Positions 53,156-63,162 of a stretch of 64,000 bases of DNA are shown here, piece by piece (positions within the stretch are counted from its first letter, which is position 1; each line of letters starts with the position of its first letter). The stretch spans positions 64,001-128,000 of the forward strand of contig CAXHZO010000003.1 of assembly GCA_964022095.1 (NCBI GenBank), in the 5' to 3' direction. The notes beneath the pieces are model-generated. The model had not been told where the DNA came from, ran no database searches, and was given only the letters and a program-made list of their open reading frames with translations. This stretch comes from an uncultured Arcobacteraceae bacterium. Its GTDB lineage: Bacteria; Campylobacterota; Campylobacteria; Campylobacterales; Arcobacteraceae. Both the position numbers and the translations under genes were made by a program.

Positions 53156-53216
53156 ATACAATTAATTTGTATATAATTTACATTAACTATGTAAAAATAT
53201 TACATAAACTGTGTAA
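53156..53216. promoter_or_regulatory. Three phased palindromic operator candidates, (T/A)TACA-N7-TGTA(A/T), at 22-bp period
   Basis: Sites at 53156-53172, 53178-53194 and 53200-53216 in the ectA/proV divergent region. Confidence 0.6.
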
Positions 53217-53338
53217 ATATAACATATAAAAATAAGAAATAGCTTAATAATTTTATGTAATATAATAACTGAAAATAACTAACAATTTATCTAAAATTAA
53301 GAAAAGATACTATATTCTTTAATGTAACAAAATTACAC

Positions 53339-54553
53339 ATGGAGTTAAACATCAGTAACAGAAAGAAAAAACTAACAGTAAAGAATGTTTTTAAGGTTTT
53401 TGGGGATAATCCAAAAAAAGCTTTAAAAATGTTGGACGAGGGTCTTTCAAAAGAAGAGATATTTTCAAAAACTGGTATGACTATTGGAGTTCAAGATGCA
53501 AGTTTTGAAATATACGAAGGTGAAATCTTTGTAATAATGGGATTATCAGGTTCTGGAAAATCCACTCTTGTAAGGTTACTTAACAGACTTATTGAACCTA
53601 CATCAGGTGAGATATTAGTTGATGATACAGATGTAACAAATCTATCAGACAAAGAACTTATAGATATCAGAAGAAAAAAAATATCAATGGTATTTCAATC
53701 TTTTGCATTAATGCCTCATATGAATATAATTGATAACACATCTTTTGGACTTGATTTAAGTGGTGTATCAAAAGAACAAAGATATGCAGCTGCAAAAAAT
53801 GCACTAGAGCAAGTTGGATTAAAAGGTTATGAAGAGTCTTACCCAGATGAGTTAAGTGGTGGTATGCAACAAAGAGTTGGTCTTGCAAGAGCCTTAGCAA
53901 ATAATCCAGATATTATGCTTATGGATGAAGCTTTCTCTGCTCTTGACCCTTTAATTAGAACAGAAATGCAAGATGAATTAGTTGAATTACAAAGTAATGA
54001 TAAAAGAACAATTGTCTTTATTTCTCATGATTTAGATGAAGCAATTAGAATTGGTGATAGAATTGCAATTATGCAAAATGGAGAGATATCTCAAATAGGA
54101 ACTCCTGAAGATATTATCAATAATCCTGCAAATGATTATATTAGATCATTCTTTAAAGGTGTAGATGTGACTTCTGTTTTGACTGCTGGTCATATTGCAA
54201 AAAAACTTAGACCTACTATTATTAACAAAGATAGTACAGGTATAAAATCAGCATTACAATATATAGGTGATTTTGATGAGGATTACGCTTACTTTGTTGA
54301 AAAAAGTGGAAAATATCTTGGTATTTTAACTTTAGAATCTTTAAAAGAACAAAAACAAAAGGGCGGGACTTTATATGATGCAATTTATTGTAATAAATCA
54401 ATTGTTGAAGATACTCAAATAGCTGATTTTATTACAGACGTTGCAGAGTATGATTTTCCTTATCCAGTTGTAGATAATAATGGAAAGTATAAAGGAACAA
54501 TCTCAAAAAGTAGATTACTAAAAGTGTTTGATGAAGGAGTTGAAAATGAGTAA
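53339..54553 (+). CDS. proV: Glycine betaine/proline ABC transporter ATP-binding protein
   Basis: [40 protein letters not shown]-like C-terminus. Confidence 0.95.
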   Translation: MELNISNRKKKLTVKNVFKVFGDNPKKALKMLDEGLSKEEIFSKTGMTIGVQDASFEIYEGEIFVIMGLSGSGKSTLVRLLNRLIEPTSGEILVDDTDVTNLSDKELIDIRRKKISMVFQSFALMPHMNIIDNTSFGLDLSGVSKEQRYAAAKNALEQVGLKGYEESYPDELSGGMQQRVGLARALANNPDIMLMDEAFSALDPLIRTEMQDELVELQSNDKRTIVFISHDLDEAIRIGDRIAIMQNGEISQIGTPEDIINNPANDYIRSFFKGVDVTSVLTAGHIAKKLRPTIINKDSTGIKSALQYIGDFDEDYAYFVEKSGKYLGILTLESLKEQKQKGGTLYDAIYCNKSIVEDTQIADFITDVAEYDFPYPVVDNNGKYKGTISKSRLLKVFDEGVENE

Positions 54554-55568
54554 TGATCCATGGGGAAACGCTTCAACCGCACAAGAAAATAAAAGCTCTT
54601 CAGTAGATTGGACTAGTGAAGCAGCTTCTGCTCCTGTTGAAGAAACTAAATTCGATATATTAAATCCATTTCAAGATGCTATTATTCCTTTTGATGATTG
54701 GACAAATAATGGTATTGATTGGCTAGTAACAAATTTTAGAGAAGTATTTTTAGCTGCAAAAGCACCTATTGATATAGTATTAAAATCTATTGAATCTTTT
54801 TTACTATTTTTAAATCCATATGTTGTAATTGTATTTTTTATTCTTTTAGCTTTACAGTTCTCAACAAAAAAACTAGCAATTGGAACACTAATTTCATTTT
54901 TTATAATTGGATTTATTGGGGCTTGGGAAGAGTCGATGATTACACTAGCCTTAGTTCTAACAGCAGTATTATTCTCAATAATTATTGGACTTCCATTAGG
55001 TATATGGAGTGCAAAAAGTGATAGAGTAGATAAGTTTTTAAGGCCAGTTTTAGATGCAATGCAAACTACACCAGCCTTTGTTTATCTAATTCCTATTGTA
55101 ATGCTATTTGGTATTGGTAATGTTCCAGGTGTTATTGTAACAATTATATTTGCACTTCCACCATTAATTAGACTTACAAACTTAGGTATTAGACAAGTAC
55201 CTGAAGATTTAATTGAAGCTTCAAGATCCTTTGGTGCAAGTTCAAAACAGATGTTATGGAAAGTACAAATTCCAGTAGCCATGCCTACAATTATGGCAGG
55301 GATTAATCAAACACTAATGCTTGCTCTTTCAATGGTTGTAATAGCTTCAATGATCGCAGTTGGTGGATTGGGTCAAATGGTACTAAGAGGAATAGGAAGA
55401 TTAGACATTGGTCTTGCTGCAGTTGGTGGTTTAGGTATTGTTTTACTAGCAGTTATTCTTGATAGATTAACACAAGCTATGGGACAAAAAGATAAATCAG
55501 ACAAAACTAAATGGTTTCAAAAAGGGCCAATAGGTTTTGTATTAAAATTACTAGGAAAAGGAAAATAA
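54546..55568 (+). CDS. proW: Glycine betaine/proline ABC transporter permease
   Basis: [39 protein letters not shown]; start at MSNDPWG. Confidence 0.95.
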   Translation: MSNDPWGNASTAQENKSSSVDWTSEAASAPVEETKFDILNPFQDAIIPFDDWTNNGIDWLVTNFREVFLAAKAPIDIVLKSIESFLLFLNPYVVIVFFILLALQFSTKKLAIGTLISFFIIGFIGAWEESMITLALVLTAVLFSIIIGLPLGIWSAKSDRVDKFLRPVLDAMQTTPAFVYLIPIVMLFGIGNVPGVIVTIIFALPPLIRLTNLGIRQVPEDLIEASRSFGASSKQMLWKVQIPVAMPTIMAGINQTLMLALSMVVIASMIAVGGLGQMVLRGIGRLDIGLAAVGGLGIVLLAVILDRLTQAMGQKDKSDKTKWFQKGPIGFVLKLLGKGK

Positions 55569-56743
55569 TGAAAAAATTACAAAAATTAAGTTTAGTTGCA
55601 TCACTTGCACTAATTTCAACACAAGCATTTGCTGCAGATACTTTAGCTGAGGCATTTTCAGAAGGTAAAGTAAGTGGTGAGATTAAATCTCAATATTATC
55701 AAAAAGAGAGTAATACTTCTAAAACAGTAAATATTTGGACAAATGGTGGAAACCTTTCTTATGAAACTGGAGCTTTTAATGGTTTAAGTGCTGGAGTAAC
55801 TTTTCAAGTTGCAAGTACAACTGCAGAAGATTTAGATGAAAATCCAACTGCATATGATTCTGACCAGAATGTTTCAGGTGCTGTTATGTCTCAATCATAT
55901 TTACAGTATACAAGAGGAAATACAACAGCAAAAGTTGGTAGACAATATATCTCAACTCCATTAGTTGCAGGATCTGGTAGTAGAATTTTTCAAGAATCAT
56001 TTGAAGCTTATACTTTAAAAAATACAGATTTACCAAATACTACAATTACAGCTGCATTAGTAACTAAGTTTCAAGGTAGAACAGATGGAAATGAAGGTCC
56101 TTCAGATTTCAATAAATTAGGTGATGGTGTATATTCTATTTATGTAACAAATAATTCAATTGAAAATTTAAGTTTAGCAGCTCAATATGTTCAAGCTACA
56201 AAATTTACAAATGATGATAAAGATATTACTCTTTATTATTTAAATGGTTCATACGATTTTGGTGCATTTAAAGTAGGTGCTCAATATTATGGTTCTGATG
56301 ATGAAAATACTACAGATACAGATTATTATCTTTCTAATAGAGATGGATACTTATATGCTTTAAATGCTTCTACTAGTATTGGTAATTTATCATTAGGGGC
56401 ATCATATAGTGAAGTTTCTGAAGATGGTGGAGTTTCTGCATACAAATTAGGAAACGGAGCTGATTATATTTATACATGGACTTGGATGTATGGTGGAGTA
56501 TATGATGCTGATACAAAAGCTTACAGTATAAATGGTTCTTATAAGTTTACTGATAAATTATCTGCAAGCTTTATTCATGCTAATTGGGAAATTGGAAATA
56601 GTGGAGATAGTAAAGAAACAGATGTTATTGTAGATTATAAATTTACAAAAGCACTTTCTGCAAGGTTATTATATGCTGATTTAAATGATAATGCAGGATT
56701 TGGTAAGTATAAATCAAGACTTTATGTATCTTATAAATTTTAA
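55568..56743 (+). CDS. OprD-like outer membrane porin
   Basis: Signal peptide, LAEAF.EGK..G, KVGRQYISTPL, C-terminal YVSYKF beta-barrel signal; start at MKKLQK. Confidence 0.85.
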   Translation: MKKLQKLSLVASLALISTQAFAADTLAEAFSEGKVSGEIKSQYYQKESNTSKTVNIWTNGGNLSYETGAFNGLSAGVTFQVASTTAEDLDENPTAYDSDQNVSGAVMSQSYLQYTRGNTTAKVGRQYISTPLVAGSGSRIFQESFEAYTLKNTDLPNTTITAALVTKFQGRTDGNEGPSDFNKLGDGVYSIYVTNNSIENLSLAAQYVQATKFTNDDKDITLYYLNGSYDFGAFKVGAQYYGSDDENTTDTDYYLSNRDGYLYALNASTSIGNLSLGASYSEVSEDGGVSAYKLGNGADYIYTWTWMYGGVYDADTKAYSINGSYKFTDKLSASFIHANWEIGNSGDSKETDVIVDYKFTKALSARLLYADLNDNAGFGKYKSRLYVSYKF

Positions 56744-56757
56744 GGAGAATTAGAATT

Positions 56758-57732
56758 ATGAATTTAAAAAAATTACTAGTAAGTGGATTAGCATCAGTTG
56801 CTGTATCAACTACATTATTTGGAGCAAATGTAACTGCTGTTAAAACAAATATTGCTGAAGAGGCATTCCAAATGGAAATTGTATCAGAAATCCTAAAGAA
56901 AATGGGACATGAAGTTACAACTACAAATGACGTAAACTATGATATTGCATATCAAGAGATTGCAAATAATGCAAAGGGTGAGAATGTTTATTTTCTAGCT
57001 TCATCTTGGGATCCATTACATAATGGTAAAATTGATGTTGTTGGAAAAGATAAGGCAGTTAAATTTGAAAATAATTTTATTGCAAATTGTGCTCAAGGTT
57101 ATTTAATTGATAAAAAAACTGCTGATAAGTATAATATTAAATACTATAATGATTTAAAAAAGCCAGAAATTGCTAAATTATTTGATTTAGATAATGATGG
57201 TAAAGCAGACTTAACTGGTTGTAATGCAGGTTGGGGATGTGAAAAAGTTATTGAACATCAATTAGATGCATATGGTATGAGAGATATTGTTGAGCATAAT
57301 CAAGGTGAGTATTCAGCACTTATTGCAGATACAATTGCTAATTATAAAACTGGTAAATCAATTCTTTACTATACATGGACTCCTTATTGGGTAAGTGGTA
57401 AATTAGTTCCAGGTAAAGATGTAACATTTTTACAAGTGACACATAGTGCTAATCCTAATACTAAGTCTACTAAATTAGGAAATGGTGCAGATTATGGATT
57501 TAATGTAAATCATCAAAAGATTGTTGCAAGTGCAAATGTAAAAGATCATAAAGATATCTCAAGATTATTTGAAATTATCAAATTAGATGTTAATGATGTA
57601 TCTGGTCAAAACATGCTTATGGCAAATGGTCAAAATAAAGAAAAAGATGTTAAAAGACATGTTCAAAAATGGTTAGAAAATAATAAAAAACAAGTTGATA
57701 CTTGGATTAAAGAAGCAAAATCTGCTAAATAG
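56758..57732 (+). CDS. proX: Glycine betaine/proline ABC transporter substrate-binding protein
   Basis: WDPLH, QGYLIDKKTADKYNI, DGKADLTGCNAGWGCE, YYTWTPYW. Confidence 0.93.
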   Translation: MNLKKLLVSGLASVAVSTTLFGANVTAVKTNIAEEAFQMEIVSEILKKMGHEVTTTNDVNYDIAYQEIANNAKGENVYFLASSWDPLHNGKIDVVGKDKAVKFENNFIANCAQGYLIDKKTADKYNIKYYNDLKKPEIAKLFDLDNDGKADLTGCNAGWGCEKVIEHQLDAYGMRDIVEHNQGEYSALIADTIANYKTGKSILYYTWTPYWVSGKLVPGKDVTFLQVTHSANPNTKSTKLGNGADYGFNVNHQKIVASANVKDHKDISRLFEIIKLDVNDVSGQNMLMANGQNKEKDVKRHVQKWLENNKKQVDTWIKEAKSAK

Positions 57733-57734
57733 GT

Positions 57735-57760
57735 TAAATAGGGGAACTTTCCCTTATTTA
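57735..57760 (+). terminator. Terminator after proX
   Basis: TAAATAGGGGAA-ct-TTCCCTTATTTA. Confidence 0.6.
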
Positions 57761-57825
57761 AAACTCTTTTAAAATATAAACTCTAAATATAAAAATAGTA
57801 TAATTGTTAAAAAGGAAATATTTAA

Positions 57826-58164
57826 TTGGCTTTATTAAATAATGACAAAGACATACTACCTTTAAGTAGTATCGCTGAATTACTTACTGCAAAAGTAAGA
57901 ACACTAAAAATGTATGAAGATAAGGGATTATTTCCTCCTAAAAAAGAAACAAAAAAACTTTACTCTATTAACGATGTAAAAATCATATCATTTGTTCACT
58001 ATTTAGCTAGTGTAAAAAAAATAAATGCAAATGGAATTAAGTATATTTTAGAAATACTGTATACAAATATGGATGAAAAAAATCGTCAAGAATTTTTAGA
58101 TATAGTTGAAATGAAAATGGAAAAGCTTTCTGGATCTGAAATTAGGGATATTGAAAGTTTTTAA
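57826..58164 (+). CDS. MerR-family (HspR-like) transcriptional regulator
   Basis: LSSIAELL...RTLKMYEDKGL.P...LYSINDV...INANGIKYIL; TTG start with AAGGA RBS. Confidence 0.8.
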   Translation: MALLNNDKDILPLSSIAELLTAKVRTLKMYEDKGLFPPKKETKKLYSINDVKIISFVHYLASVKKINANGIKYILEILYTNMDEKNRQEFLDIVEMKMEKLSGSEIRDIESF

Positions 58165-58177
58165 TTTGTGATTTAAG

Positions 58178-58255
58178 TGGTCGGGGCGAGAGGATTCGAA
58201 CCTCCGGCCCCCTGGTCCCAAACCAGGTGCGCTAACCAGACTGCGCTACGCCCCG
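58178..58255 (-). tRNA. tRNA-Pro (anticodon TGG)
   Basis: CGGGGCG acceptor stem, CCTGG-TTTGGGA-CCAGG anticodon arm, GGTTCGAATCC T-arm, encoded CCA. Confidence 0.98.
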
Positions 58256-58271
58256 AACTAAATAGGGCGCA

Positions 58272-58300
58272 ATTATATTGGATTTTTACTCATTTGTCAA
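58272..58300 (-). promoter_or_regulatory. Sigma70 promoter of tRNA-Pro
   Basis: Minus strand TTGACA (58300-58295), 17-nt spacer, TATAAT (58277-58272), then TGCGCCC. Confidence 0.85.
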
Positions 58301-58306
58301 GGATAT

Positions 58307-58777
58307 TTAGTCATTTTTTGAAATTTCTATATTATTTATATTTTCAACTAATTTAATTAGTTTTCCCTCTTTCATAATAAAGTAACCATTACTTTTTATT
58401 TTACCTTTTGAAGTATAAGTGAACTTATAATTTTTATCAAATTTTACATCTATGTATTTATCTTTCTTTAACTGAATTCTTTCATCTTTTATGTTGTTAT
58501 TTGAAGCTCTTTTCAGTATCTCTATAATTGCATATTTGTCTTTTTTGTATTTAATGTTTTCAGTATCTTTTTTTAGTGAAAAGTTTTCATCATAGAATAC
58601 AAAAGTATCTTTTCCTAACAAAAATCTTGCTATTGAATTTGTAACTTCAGCTTTTAAGTAGTTATCTTTTAATGTATCAAAGTTTTTTGCAACACCAAGT
58701 TTAATCCCTGTAAAATATACTGAATAATTAGCAAATGATACACTTATAAAAAGCATTAGTGTTATAATTAATTTCAT
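58307..58777 (-). CDS. Hypothetical exported protein
   Basis: Signal peptide ending SFA; AAGG RBS. Confidence 0.65.
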   Translation of the reverse strand: MKLIITLMLFISVSFANYSVYFTGIKLGVAKNFDTLKDNYLKAEVTNSIARFLLGKDTFVFYDENFSLKKDTENIKYKKDKYAIIEILKRASNNNIKDERIQLKKDKYIDVKFDKNYKFTYTSKGKIKSNGYFIMKEGKLIKLVENINNIEISKND

Positions 58778-58832
58778 TTGTATAAACCTTTTTTATTTTA
58801 GTCTAATTTATTAATGTGTAATTATTGTAGAT

Positions 58833-59303
58833 TTATTCAACTGTTTTAATTAAAACATCTCTAAAGTGATTAAGCTCTTTCATTTTTGTATCATTGCCTT
58901 CATTTATATCTGGATGGTACTTTCTTGCAAGCTCTTTATATCTTTTTTTTATCTCTTCTTTTGTAGGAGAATGAGTAAACCCAAAGAACTCTTTTGCTTG
59001 TTGAACTTCATCAAATCTAGGATTATTTGCAAACCCTGAAAAGTCTTGTTGATTAAAGCCTCTAAAGTCATTGAAATTAAAATTTTGGCCATTTTGAAAT
59101 GAACTGTTGTCAAATTTAAAATGAAAACCACTTGTTTTCATCTTTTTCTTAAAGTTATAAATTAAAAAGGCAATAACCGCAAAGATTACACCTAGTATCA
59201 TTAAAAATGTTCCAAAATTTGTAAAAATTAGATATAAAATAAAAAATAGTATTGCTAATCTAACTAATCTATTAAAAATATATATAAATGTATTATTTGT
59301 CAT
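58833..59303 (-). CDS. Membrane-anchored J-domain protein
   Basis: Two N-terminal TM segments, F/N-rich linker, IKKRYKELARKYHPD. Confidence 0.85.
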   Translation of the reverse strand: MTNNTFIYIFNRLVRLAILFFILYLIFTNFGTFLMILGVIFAVIAFLIYNFKKKMKTSGFHFKFDNSSFQNGQNFNFNDFRGFNQQDFSGFANNPRFDEVQQAKEFFGFTHSPTKEEIKKRYKELARKYHPDINEGNDTKMKELNHFRDVLIKTVE

Positions 59304-59497
59304 AAAAAAATAAATCCTAATTAAAATTTCACGTATTATAGTATTTTTACACTATAAGTACATTAAGCAAAAAGATTTAACCAATTCTTAACATATAAAA
59401 TATGAATTTGCTATTTTATTGCTACTTTTTACTGTTTATCATACGAATTTCATTTTTTAGTTCTAATCTTATTGTATTAAAACTAGGAGGATGTATT

Positions 59498-61186
59498 ATG
59501 AGTTTAGGCTTACAAGCATTTTATGCTGCTTTACCTATTCTTTTAGCTGGATTTTTATTAGTAGGAATGAGAATCTCAGCTAAAAAAGCAATGCCATTGG
59601 TTTATATTTCAACAGTTGTCATTGCATTATTTATTTGGGAGGTATCTCTTAATAGGGTATTTGCTTCAACAATACAAGGTTTATTAATTACTATTGCAGT
59701 GTTATGGATTATTTTTGGTGCAATATTATTACTTAATACTTTGAAGCACTCAGGAGCTATTGCAATTATTAGGCAAGGGTTTAATAATATAAGCCCAGAT
59801 AGAAGAGTTCAAGTAATTATTATTGCTTGGCTATTTGGATCATTTATTGAAGGTGCTTCAGGATTTGGAACACCTGCTGCTATTGCAGCACCACTGTTAG
59901 TTGCTATTGGATTCCCTGCAATGGCAGCAGTTATGGTTGGAATGATGATTCAAAGTACTCCTGTATCTTTTGGAGCAGTTGGAACACCAATTTTAATTGG
60001 AGTAAATAAAGGACTTGATTCTGAAGGTATTGGAGCAACTCTACAAACTATGGGTAGTTCTTGGGATGTTTATTTACAAACTATTACTTCACAAGTTGCT
60101 ATTACCCATGCAATTGTTGGAACATTAATTCCTTTATTTATGGTAATAATGCTTACAAGGTTTTTTGGTGAAAATAAATCATGGAGTGAAGGTTTAAATA
60201 TTTTACCTTTTGCAATTTTTGCAGGACTTGCATTTACTATTCCTTACGCTTTAACTGGAGTATTTTTAGGGGCAGAATTTCCATCACTAATTGGTGCACT
60301 TGTAGGATTGCCTATTGTTATATTTGCAGCTAGACATGGCTTTTTAATTCCTAAAAAATCTTGGGATTTTCCTTCAGTTGATAAATGGCCTAGTTCTTGG
60401 ATTAGTAAATTAGAGATTAAGCTTGATGCAATGAGTCCAAAAGAGCCAATGTCAATTGCAGTTGCTTGGATACCTTATATCTTAGTTGCTTTAATTTTAG
60501 TTTTAACTAGAGTTAGTTCTGACGCAAAAGCATTTGTAACTTCTATTGTAATACCATTTAAAGATATTTTAGGCGAGGGTGTTGGATATACAATTTCACC
60601 ACTTTATTTACCTGGTGGAATTTTAGTATTTGTAGTAATAATTACTTACTTTTTACATAAAATGGAGTTTAAAGAATTAAAAGAAGCCCTAAGTGAGTCT
60701 TCAAAAGTAATGATTGGTGCAGGATTTGTACTTATATTTACAATTCCTTTAGTTAGAATTTTAATTAACTCTGGAATTAATGCTTCAGGATTTGAGTCAA
60801 TGCCTGTTGCAATGGCTAATTATGTAGCTGCAAACGTTGGAGATATTTATCCTTTATTTGCTCCAATGGTTGGTGCTCTTGGAGCATTTATTGCAGGGAG
60901 TAATACTGTATCAAATATGATGTTAAGTCAATTCCAATTCGGTGTTGCTGATGCCCTTGGAATTTCAACAGCGTTTATGGTTGCACTTCAAGCAGTTGGA
61001 GCAGCAGCAGGTAATATGATTGCTATTCATAATGTAGTTGCAGCAAGTGCTACAGTTGGTTTACTTGACCAAGAAGGTGAGACTTTAAGAAAGACAATTA
61101 TTCCTACAATTTATTATTGTTTAGTAGCTGGAATTATTGGTCTTATTGGAATGTATGGTTTAAGTTTAGTTGATCCATTGATGTAA
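59498..61186 (+). CDS. lctP: L-lactate permease
   Basis: [52 protein letters not shown] before MSLGLQ. Confidence 0.92.
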   Translation: MSLGLQAFYAALPILLAGFLLVGMRISAKKAMPLVYISTVVIALFIWEVSLNRVFASTIQGLLITIAVLWIIFGAILLLNTLKHSGAIAIIRQGFNNISPDRRVQVIIIAWLFGSFIEGASGFGTPAAIAAPLLVAIGFPAMAAVMVGMMIQSTPVSFGAVGTPILIGVNKGLDSEGIGATLQTMGSSWDVYLQTITSQVAITHAIVGTLIPLFMVIMLTRFFGENKSWSEGLNILPFAIFAGLAFTIPYALTGVFLGAEFPSLIGALVGLPIVIFAARHGFLIPKKSWDFPSVDKWPSSWISKLEIKLDAMSPKEPMSIAVAWIPYILVALILVLTRVSSDAKAFVTSIVIPFKDILGEGVGYTISPLYLPGGILVFVVIITYFLHKMEFKELKEALSESSKVMIGAGFVLIFTIPLVRILINSGINASGFESMPVAMANYVAANVGDIYPLFAPMVGALGAFIAGSNTVSNMMLSQFQFGVADALGISTAFMVALQAVGAAAGNMIAIHNVVAASATVGLLDQEGETLRKTIIPTIYYCLVAGIIGLIGMYGLSLVDPLM

Positions 61187-61194
61187 TAGTTTAG

Positions 61195-61218
61195 ATAAAG
61201 AAGTTTATACTTCTTTAT
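61195..61218. terminator. Palindromic terminator between convergent genes
   Basis: ATAAAGAAGT-ttat-ACTTCTTTAT. Confidence 0.55.
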
Positions 61219-61826
61219 TTAACTAAATCATTAATATGATTTAACATTTCCTTACTATTGTTGTATTTTATATGAATAGGGTATAACTCTTGTTTATATT
61301 CTAAAACTAATGAAGGAAAGGCTCTAATATTTAGAGACCTTCTTAGATTTAACTCATCTTGTAAATCTTCTTCAATTTTTTCACTATTTAAATCTTTTAG
61401 AAACTTTTCTTTATTCATTCCTATTTCTTGGGCTAAAGTGGCAAGAGTCTCTTTATTACTTGGATTCATAGCTCTTTGATAATATGCATTTTGTATTGCA
61501 TTTAACATTTCATCTTCTTTATTGTCTTTTCGAGCTAATATTGTTGCTTGGCAAGAGCTATATGTAGATCTTCTTGGTTTACAAACTTTCCAAAAATCAT
61601 GATTAAATTTTGTTCCAACTTGATTTTCTATTTCGTACCAAATATTTTCAATTTTTTCTTTCATTGATTTTGGCATTATTTCATCACTGTGTTTAGCTAA
61701 TCCCCCAACTACATATTGTAGTTTTATCTTTGGGTTTAATTGTTTTCTTATTTCATCTAATGTTGGTTTAAAAGCATAACACCATGAACACATAGGATCA
61801 TGAACATAATATAGTGTATATTCCAT
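61215..61826 (-). CDS. DsbA/FrnE-like thioredoxin-fold protein
   Basis: YVHDPMCSWCYAF, GGLA, FPSLV; start at MEYTLY with AAGGA RBS. Confidence 0.88.
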   Translation of the reverse strand: MEYTLYYVHDPMCSWCYAFKPTLDEIRKQLNPKIKLQYVVGGLAKHSDEIMPKSMKEKIENIWYEIENQVGTKFNHDFWKVCKPRRSTYSSCQATILARKDNKEDEMLNAIQNAYYQRAMNPSNKETLATLAQEIGMNKEKFLKDLNSEKIEEDLQDELNLRRSLNIRAFPSLVLEYKQELYPIHIKYNNSKEMLNHINDLVK

Positions 61827-61959
61827 AACTATCCTTGGATTATTTATTGTTTCAAAATATAGCATTATTAAATTTATATTACTTTAAAACCCTATTTTAA
61901 ACAAATAAAGTAAATATTCAACATACTTAAGTAAAATAATAAAGTTATTAAGGATTATT

Positions 61960-62226
61960 ATGGATTACGAAGAGTTTGAGAAAGCAGTTGATACTTTAGG
62001 TATCTTAACTAAAACATCAAAGAAAGATTTAAAAAAAAGATATCTAAAGCTATCAAAAAAATATCATCCTGACATGCCACAAGGTAGTCAAGAGAAGTTT
62101 TTAGAGTTGAGAAAATCTTACGATATTTTAGTTTCATATATGGATTCTTATCAATATAATTTTGATAAAGATGAATTCAAAGATCAAAATCCTGTTTTTA
62201 CAAACTATAAAAATTGGAATAAATAA
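61960..62226 (+). CDS. Small J-domain protein
   Basis: LKKRYLKLSKKYHPD...F.EL..SY.IL. Confidence 0.87.
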   Translation: MDYEEFEKAVDTLGILTKTSKKDLKKRYLKLSKKYHPDMPQGSQEKFLELRKSYDILVSYMDSYQYNFDKDEFKDQNPVFTNYKNWNK

Positions 62227-62292
62227 TAGGGCATATTATATATGTTTTGGTAGAATACAAAAATTATAATTTTTTTAGTCTTGGAGAAAAAA

Positions 62293-63150
62293 ATGTTTGA
62301 TCAAAAAAAAGTAAAAGAATTAATATTAACTTCATTTGTTGCGGATTCATACTCACTTGGTAGTCATTGGGTTTATGATGAAAGTCAGTTAGCAAAAAAT
62401 ATTTTAAACTGGGAAGTTTTAAATGCACCATTAGCAATATGGCATAAAGGAAAGGTTGCAGGTGAGTTTACTCACTATGGTGATCAAACTATATGGCTAT
62501 ATGATTTTATAAAAGAAAACAATAGCTTTGATGAAAAAGAGTTTGCTAAATATTGGTACGAAAAAATGAAAACATATGATGGTTATTTAGATGGTGCATC
62601 AAGACAGAGTATGCAAAATATTGCAAATGGAATTTTCCCATCAGGTTCTTTATCAACTGATATGTCAATAGTTGGAAGAATAGCACCATTGCTAATGGTT
62701 TCAAAAGATAAAAACGACTTTTTACAAAATGTAGAGAAGTTAATAAGAACAACACATAATAACTCTAAAACAGTTAGATGTGGAAACTTTTTTGCTAAGT
62801 TATTACTTATGGTAATGGATGGTAAAAATGTAATTGAATCTATTGAGTTTTTAAAAGATGAGTTTGATACTTCAATTCAAAAAATGATTACAAGAGGTTT
62901 AGAATCAAAAGATAGTGACACATATGATTCATTACGAGATTTTGGTCCTGCTTGTGATATTGATGAAGGTTTTAGTGGAATAATTCATCTTTTATGTAAA
63001 TATAACAACTTAAAAGATTTATTAATTCAAAATGCAAAAGTAGGTGGAGATACAAGCTCAAGAGCAATGATAGCCTCAATAATTTTTATGGCAAATAACT
63101 CAATTAGTCAGATACCTCAAGAGTGGTTAGCAATAAAAGTTAAAATTTAG
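62293..63150 (+). CDS. ADP-ribosylglycohydrolase-fold protein (crystallin J1/SelJ-like)
   Basis: ADSYSLGSHWVYD, THYGDQT, RIAPL, TH, GGDTSSR; GGAG RBS before MFDQ. Confidence 0.8.
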   Translation: MFDQKKVKELILTSFVADSYSLGSHWVYDESQLAKNILNWEVLNAPLAIWHKGKVAGEFTHYGDQTIWLYDFIKENNSFDEKEFAKYWYEKMKTYDGYLDGASRQSMQNIANGIFPSGSLSTDMSIVGRIAPLLMVSKDKNDFLQNVEKLIRTTHNNSKTVRCGNFFAKLLLMVMDGKNVIESIEFLKDEFDTSIQKMITRGLESKDSDTYDSLRDFGPACDIDEGFSGIIHLLCKYNNLKDLLIQNAKVGGDTSSRAMIASIIFMANNSISQIPQEWLAIKVKI

Positions 63151-63162
63151 TTTAGGGTAATT

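Noticed and set aside
53150-53260. 22-bp periodic repeats read as a CRISPR array or iterons
   Set aside because: The units are too short, there are no unique spacers, and no cas or rep genes are present; an operator array fits better.
58140-58260. Active integrative element or prophage at tRNA-Pro
   Set aside because: No integrase, phage genes or duplicated att sequence found in the window.
33023-62755. Further short overlapping ORFs (33023-33220, 36930-37145, 37810-38028, 40079-40297, 41483-41686, 45114-45305, 45716-45994, 48648-48836, 52546-52842, 53667-53900, 55082-55282, 58949-59131, 62546-62755)
   Set aside because: Same reason: nested in or opposite real genes, with no independent evidence.
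11083-63150. Longest-ORF starts for the MCP, murF, rplX, UDG-like, long adk, proW, porin, lctP, DsbA-like and ADP-ribosylhydrolase genes
   Set aside because: Downstream ATGs have better RBSs or match family N-termini, so the starts were shortened.
61960-63150. J-domain plus ADP-ribosylhydrolase as an anti-phage or toxin-antitoxin system
   Set aside because: No ADP-ribosyltransferase, toxin or other defence gene is adjacent.
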